Origin: Salpingoeca rosetta
Lineage: Eukaryota > Protista > Choanoflagellata
Reading direction: 5' to 3'
Length of the DNA: 64,000 nucleotides
Assembly (NCBI GenBank): GCA_033442325.1
Contig: JAWQFM010000019.1
Span: 343,099-407,098, forward strand
Every line of letters begins with the position of its first letter. The first letter of the stretch is position 1. Positions 54,146 to 64,000 of the stretch are shown here, in pieces. Below the pieces are notes generated by a model. That model ran no database searches. It was not told the DNA's origin and was given only the letters and a program-made list of their open reading frames with translations. The translations under genes and the position numbers were made by a program.

Positions 54146-55881
54146 ATTACAGACACGTTTTGACACTCCAGGCCAGCCGTGCCTCTGTGATGCACAGAAT
54201 CACAGCTCTCTTTCAACCAGCTCTCATGCAACCATCCCAACCACCATCATCACCACCGTCACAACCACCACCACCATCACTACCGCCATCATCATCATCA
54301 CCACCACCACCACCAACACCAACGTCACTATCACGACCACTGACCTTTTGAGCGTAGTAGAGGAGTTTCGCGTCGCGAAGGACGAACCATCTGCTCTTCC
54401 ACGCGCGGTTGATGCCGCCCCGCTTGTACAGGAAGCCAGACTTTTGCGACTTGGTGATCAGCCCGTCAATGAACGACACCCACTGCGAGTGAAGGAAGGG
54501 GCCACAGGTGTTGGTTGAAAGTGCGTGAGTAGAAGGAGTTGGGATAGTGTACGTGAGGTTAATTGACCGCGTGACACGCACACACACACGCACACACACG
54601 CACACGCACACGCACACGCACACGCACACGCACACGCACATGACCACACACGCACATACATGACCACACGCATGCACGGCAGGTGGGGATACGCGACGCA
54701 AGAGATGCTGGGTGTTGGACGTGCACCTTGTCAAGGTCTGATTCGCTCTCGGCACTGAAGATGTAGTTGCGTTTAGAATGCATTCGAAGCTCAAATGTCA
54801 GCGGGCGGGCGTCCTGTGCAGCGACAGCGAGGAGAGGGTGATGGGAGACAATGTGAGAGCCACAGTGGTGTGGGATGCGGACACACATGCAAACAGGCAC
54901 ATGAGCATACAAGCAAACACACGCACATCCACACATCCACACATTCACACGCACACACGAACACACGCACACACATTCACACGCACACACGAACACACTA
55001 ACACGCGCGCACGCACCTTTGTTCGCTCTGTGACAACGGCGACGCCGAGCATGTCTGAGACAGGAATGCGGCCCTTCGGGGATCTGTGCACCGCCATCGG
55101 GATGTACTGTGGTGAGCGGCTCACCAGTGAAATTGCACACAAGCACAAGCACAAGCACATGCACGCACACACCCACACACAAACATGCACACTCACTCAC
55201 GCACACATGCACACTCACTCACGGACATCCGTGCACACGCAAACACACTACCATACGCGCACATATATTCACGCACACCCACGCAATCACGCACACAGAG
55301 CAAACACGCACGCAAGCAGAGCAAAGCCGGACTGACGTGTCTGTGGTGCGCTCGTAGTACTGGAGATAGCCGTCTGCGAGGACACACCAGCGGCGGCGCC
55401 ATGCCTGGTTATGCACGACGCCAACGAGACGCGCGGGCGACCTGGGGCGAGACAATGGGCAGAGGGAGGTGACAGACGGTAAGAGGAATGAATAGAGGGG
55501 GAAAGGGGTTTGGGGATTGAAGACGGTGGAGAGAGGAGATAGTTCCCGTGAGGGGATGGGTGAAGTGATGGGAGGACATATGAAACAAAACAAATGCCTC
55601 ATCCATCAAGCAGTGAACACGCTGAACATAAACAAAGCGAGTTGCGCCGGAGTGGAAGACAGTTGCATGTGCACATGTGTGTGTGTGTGCGTACAGTTGA
55701 GCTCACCCGCGCTCACCCGCGCTTGAAGAGGAATCCCTGGATTGTTTGCGTGTTTGTGGCGCCAGACTGAAACACCATTGCACCTGCGGTGGTGACAATG
55801 GCCAGTGGTTGAGGGCAATGGAACGTTGGCGATGCACACGATGAGCGACGCACAAAATATACTCATAAACACACACATACG

Positions 55882-55972
<91 letters not shown>

Positions 55973-56673
55973 TAATCCAGGGGGCCAGCCTCGCTGCCCA
56001 CCACACTGTGAGCAACGCACCATCGCCGGCGGTGTCTGGTTCGTCTTGGCCAAAGTCAATGTCGTCGTCATCAGAGCCCTCATCGCCGTCCACAATGCCG
56101 TAATCACCGCCACCATTCGACGACAACGGTGCTGCTGTGCTGGAGAAGTCGGCCTCCACATCACCATAACCCCTTGCGCCGTTCGCGTGCGCGTGCGCGT
56201 ATGCGCCATCACCACCATCGCCACCATCACCATCACCACCATCATCTTCCGAGGTTGAGTCGCCAGCGGGCACGTGCGTGGGCTGGGACGGCGGGTTGAG
56301 CATTCGCGCCTCTGGGTCGTCGACGGAGATCTGCAGACCGTGCGATCGTGACGACGTCTCGGCCTGCGCGTGTGCTGTTGTGCCGGCACCGCCCTCATCC
56401 ACCTCATCGTCATCCGTCTCGTGTTGGTGGTCCTGCTGCTGTGTGCGGGGTTGTTGTTGCCCCTGCTCCTCATTATCATCGTTGTCTCCATTGTCCATGG
56501 CTGCGCTGCTGAACGACGGCTGTCGGTGTCCGTTCTCATCTGCTGGAGGCGAGGGAGCGAGGGAGCGAGTTGGGGGGGGGGATTAGTGTGTGGGGGAAGG
56601 AGGGAGGGATGTGGGACAGCGAACGCTGTGTTGATGCGCGCACATCGCAGCCAACAGGCGCATGCACAGCACA

Positions 56674-56712
<39 letters not shown>

Positions 56713-57181
56713 ATACAAGCAAGACAGCGAGGCAAAGCAGCGACAGCACGACGCAGCCCAACAACATCACCTTGCACAGCAATGGTGCTGTGGCGGGATG
56801 TGCTTGGTGACGAGTCATCGGCAGAGTTGCCGGCAGCAGAGGTGGCGCGACGGTCCAACACAGAGGCCAACGATGACAGCGAGAGGCCGCTTGCGGTGCG
56901 CTTGCGTGACTCCGGGTCTGCCAGGGTCTGGTGCACGGCTGCAGTATCCTTTGCCTTTGGACCCTCGGCCGTCCACTTGGCCACGAGCTGCGGCAGCGCA
57001 TCCAGCCAGAGCTGGCGCGTCTCCTCGTCCTTGGAGGAGGGAGATGGCGCAAAAGATGGGGGGGAGGTGGGGATGGTGAGANNNNNNNNNNNNNNNNNNN
57101 NNNNNNNNNNNNNNNNNNNNNNNNNNNNNNNNNNNNNNNNNNNNNNNNNNNNNNNNNNNNNNNNNNNNNNNNNNNNNNNNN

Positions 57182-57275
<94 letters not shown>

Positions 57276-57905
57276 CCACGTGTACGTCCTCGCGATGCTC
57301 GGTATTGTTTGCATCTGACCACTCCGCTGTACACTCCACTGCACTCAACGCAGACATGCCCCATCGATTCTACTGCTCATTGTCTCCACACACACCCTAA
57401 AACACACACACACACACACACACAACAGAGAGCGTGGCCTACCGCTGCCAGGAGTTCAAAGTCGTTGTTGTCTGCGGTGATGATGCGGAAGCCAAAGCGG
57501 TAGTATGGGACCAGGTTCTTGGGCAGCTGTGCGACGTCCGCCACCATCTTCTCAATCTTGACAATGGTCCAGATGGGGATTCGATTACGAGCCTTGCCGC
57601 CAGACTCGGACTTGTAGTACAGGATCACATCGTCCACAGCCTGATATGCGCGGGCAGCAGCAGCAGCAGCAGCAGCAGGAAGAGCAGGAGAAGGAGAAGG
57701 AGAAGGAGCCAACCATGTGCAGCAGGAGAGGGCCGAAACAGGAAGACGTGAGAGGCGGACGAAGAAGCAAAGCACAATAGCAAGGATAAGAAGTGTGTTG
57801 TCCACTGGACATTGCTAGGTGTGGATGTGAGACCTCACATGCCCCACGCAGTTACACACACACACTACACTCACAAACACAGCCACACACAGCCACACAC
57901 ACACA

Positions 57906-57939
<34 letters not shown>

Positions 57940-58086
57940 CACCACACTCACACACACACACAGAGCCACAAAACGACCAGCGCTGGATTTCATCAACCTC
58001 GCTCAACAAACCTTGAAGAAGCGGTGGTCCCAGTGCTTCTTTCGGAAGTCCTTTGGACGGCGTTTCCACAACCAACTCTCCACCAT
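47338..58086 (-). CDS. Large multi-exon protein: four PH domains, low-complexity linkers, RUN domain and SH3 domain (RUSC-like C-terminus)
   Basis: PH1 MVESWLWKRRPK...WDHRFFK...RQLWLDAL; PH2 AWRRRWCVLADGYLQYY...YIFSAESESDLDKWV; PH3 KSGFLYKRGGINRAWKSRWFVL...DWISAI; PH4 KKSGYLSKKG...RRRWFEL...VADWVDVI; RUN VGVLIRKRLCDALFRILTHGL...RARSFICAGLNHKFLEKWL; SH3 VRALF...ELPFQPGDIL...RRGLVPVSYI. Exon phases between PH4 and SH3 join consistently where checked. Confidence 0.8.
51641..51781. repeat. 11-bp minisatellite (CACAAGCACTA) x ~13, intronic
   Basis: Perfect 11-nt periodicity with no spacers, inside the ~51521-51854 intron of the PH-RUN-SH3 gene. Confidence 0.97.
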
Positions 58087-58639
58087 CGTGTCACTTCACG
58101 TACACACCAAGACTGGCTACACGCACACACACACACGCTGCACGGCACAAGCGTCCTGTCTTGTCTTCCTTGTCTTCCTTCTTGGTCTTCGCGCACACTC
58201 AGCACCCACACAAGCAGCGTTGTTGGCGTTCTTCGCCCTTGTTCTGGTGCTGCCGAATAGTGTTTGAAGACTTTAGTGAATTGTCTGCGTCCCACACCAC
58301 AAAAGCCACAAGCCACAAAAGCAACAGGCAGGGAGGACACAAGAAGCCACACCCCTCACTCCCATATCCCACTCCTCCTCCTCCTCGATCAGACTACACG
58401 CACTCTCCTCTCTCCCAGCATCAATACCTCCTTCTCCCTTGCTTCGCCTTCTGCTGCTGTTGCTGTTCTTGTCTCTGCTGCTGCAACTGCAGGCGTCCAA
58501 CCAACCAAGCATGTCTCGCCCAAACTTCAGCCGCAGCAACTCGCTCATTCGTGGCTCTGGCCACAGCCTTCACGTCAGTGGTTCCTGTGATTTGTGATCA
58601 TCATGTTGTGCTTGTTGTCCCCCCCCCCCAAGCTCAACC

Positions 58640-58691
<52 letters not shown>

Positions 58692-58735
58692 ACATAAACA
58701 AACACACACACACGCACAGAAAACATAATACACCC

Positions 58736-64000
<5,265 letters not shown>

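Overview
Eukaryotic, intron-dense genomic DNA. The GC-rich exons, short GT-AG introns packed with (CA)n/(TG)n microsatellites, and animal-like gene set point to a choanoflagellate such as Salpingoeca rosetta (inference). Most entries in the six-frame ORF track are microsatellite artefacts, so I rebuilt genes by splicing exons by eye. About 15 protein-coding genes, in order: 3' part of an LRR-Roc-COR (ROCO) gene (+), tRNA nucleotidyltransferase (-), TMEM203-like (+), MFSD8-like transporter (-, apparently 3'-truncated), SNAPC1-like (+), SERF (-), thioredoxin-NDK NME8-like (+), inorganic pyrophosphatase (-), ACAT1 thiolase (+), HUNK/MARK-like kinase (+), MPP-beta (-), cystathionine beta-synthase (+), ABITRAM-like (-), a 4xPH-RUN-SH3 protein (-) and the 5' part of a class I myosin (+). 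There are five N gaps and no recognisable rRNA, tRNA or CRISPR. Most interesting: (1) the ROCO gene is built from tandemly duplicated 84-nt, one-LRR-per-exon cassettes that differ only at ligand-facing residues, a candidate diversifying receptor system; (2) introns are polarised, GU-rich at the 5' end and CA-rich at the 3' end, and could base-pair to bridge splice sites; (3) a solo-LTR-like element sits where the MFS gene breaks off; (4) a 4xPH-RUN-SH3 architecture is head-to-head with a myosin I that violates the TEDS rule. Homology calls are from remembered motifs, not database searches.
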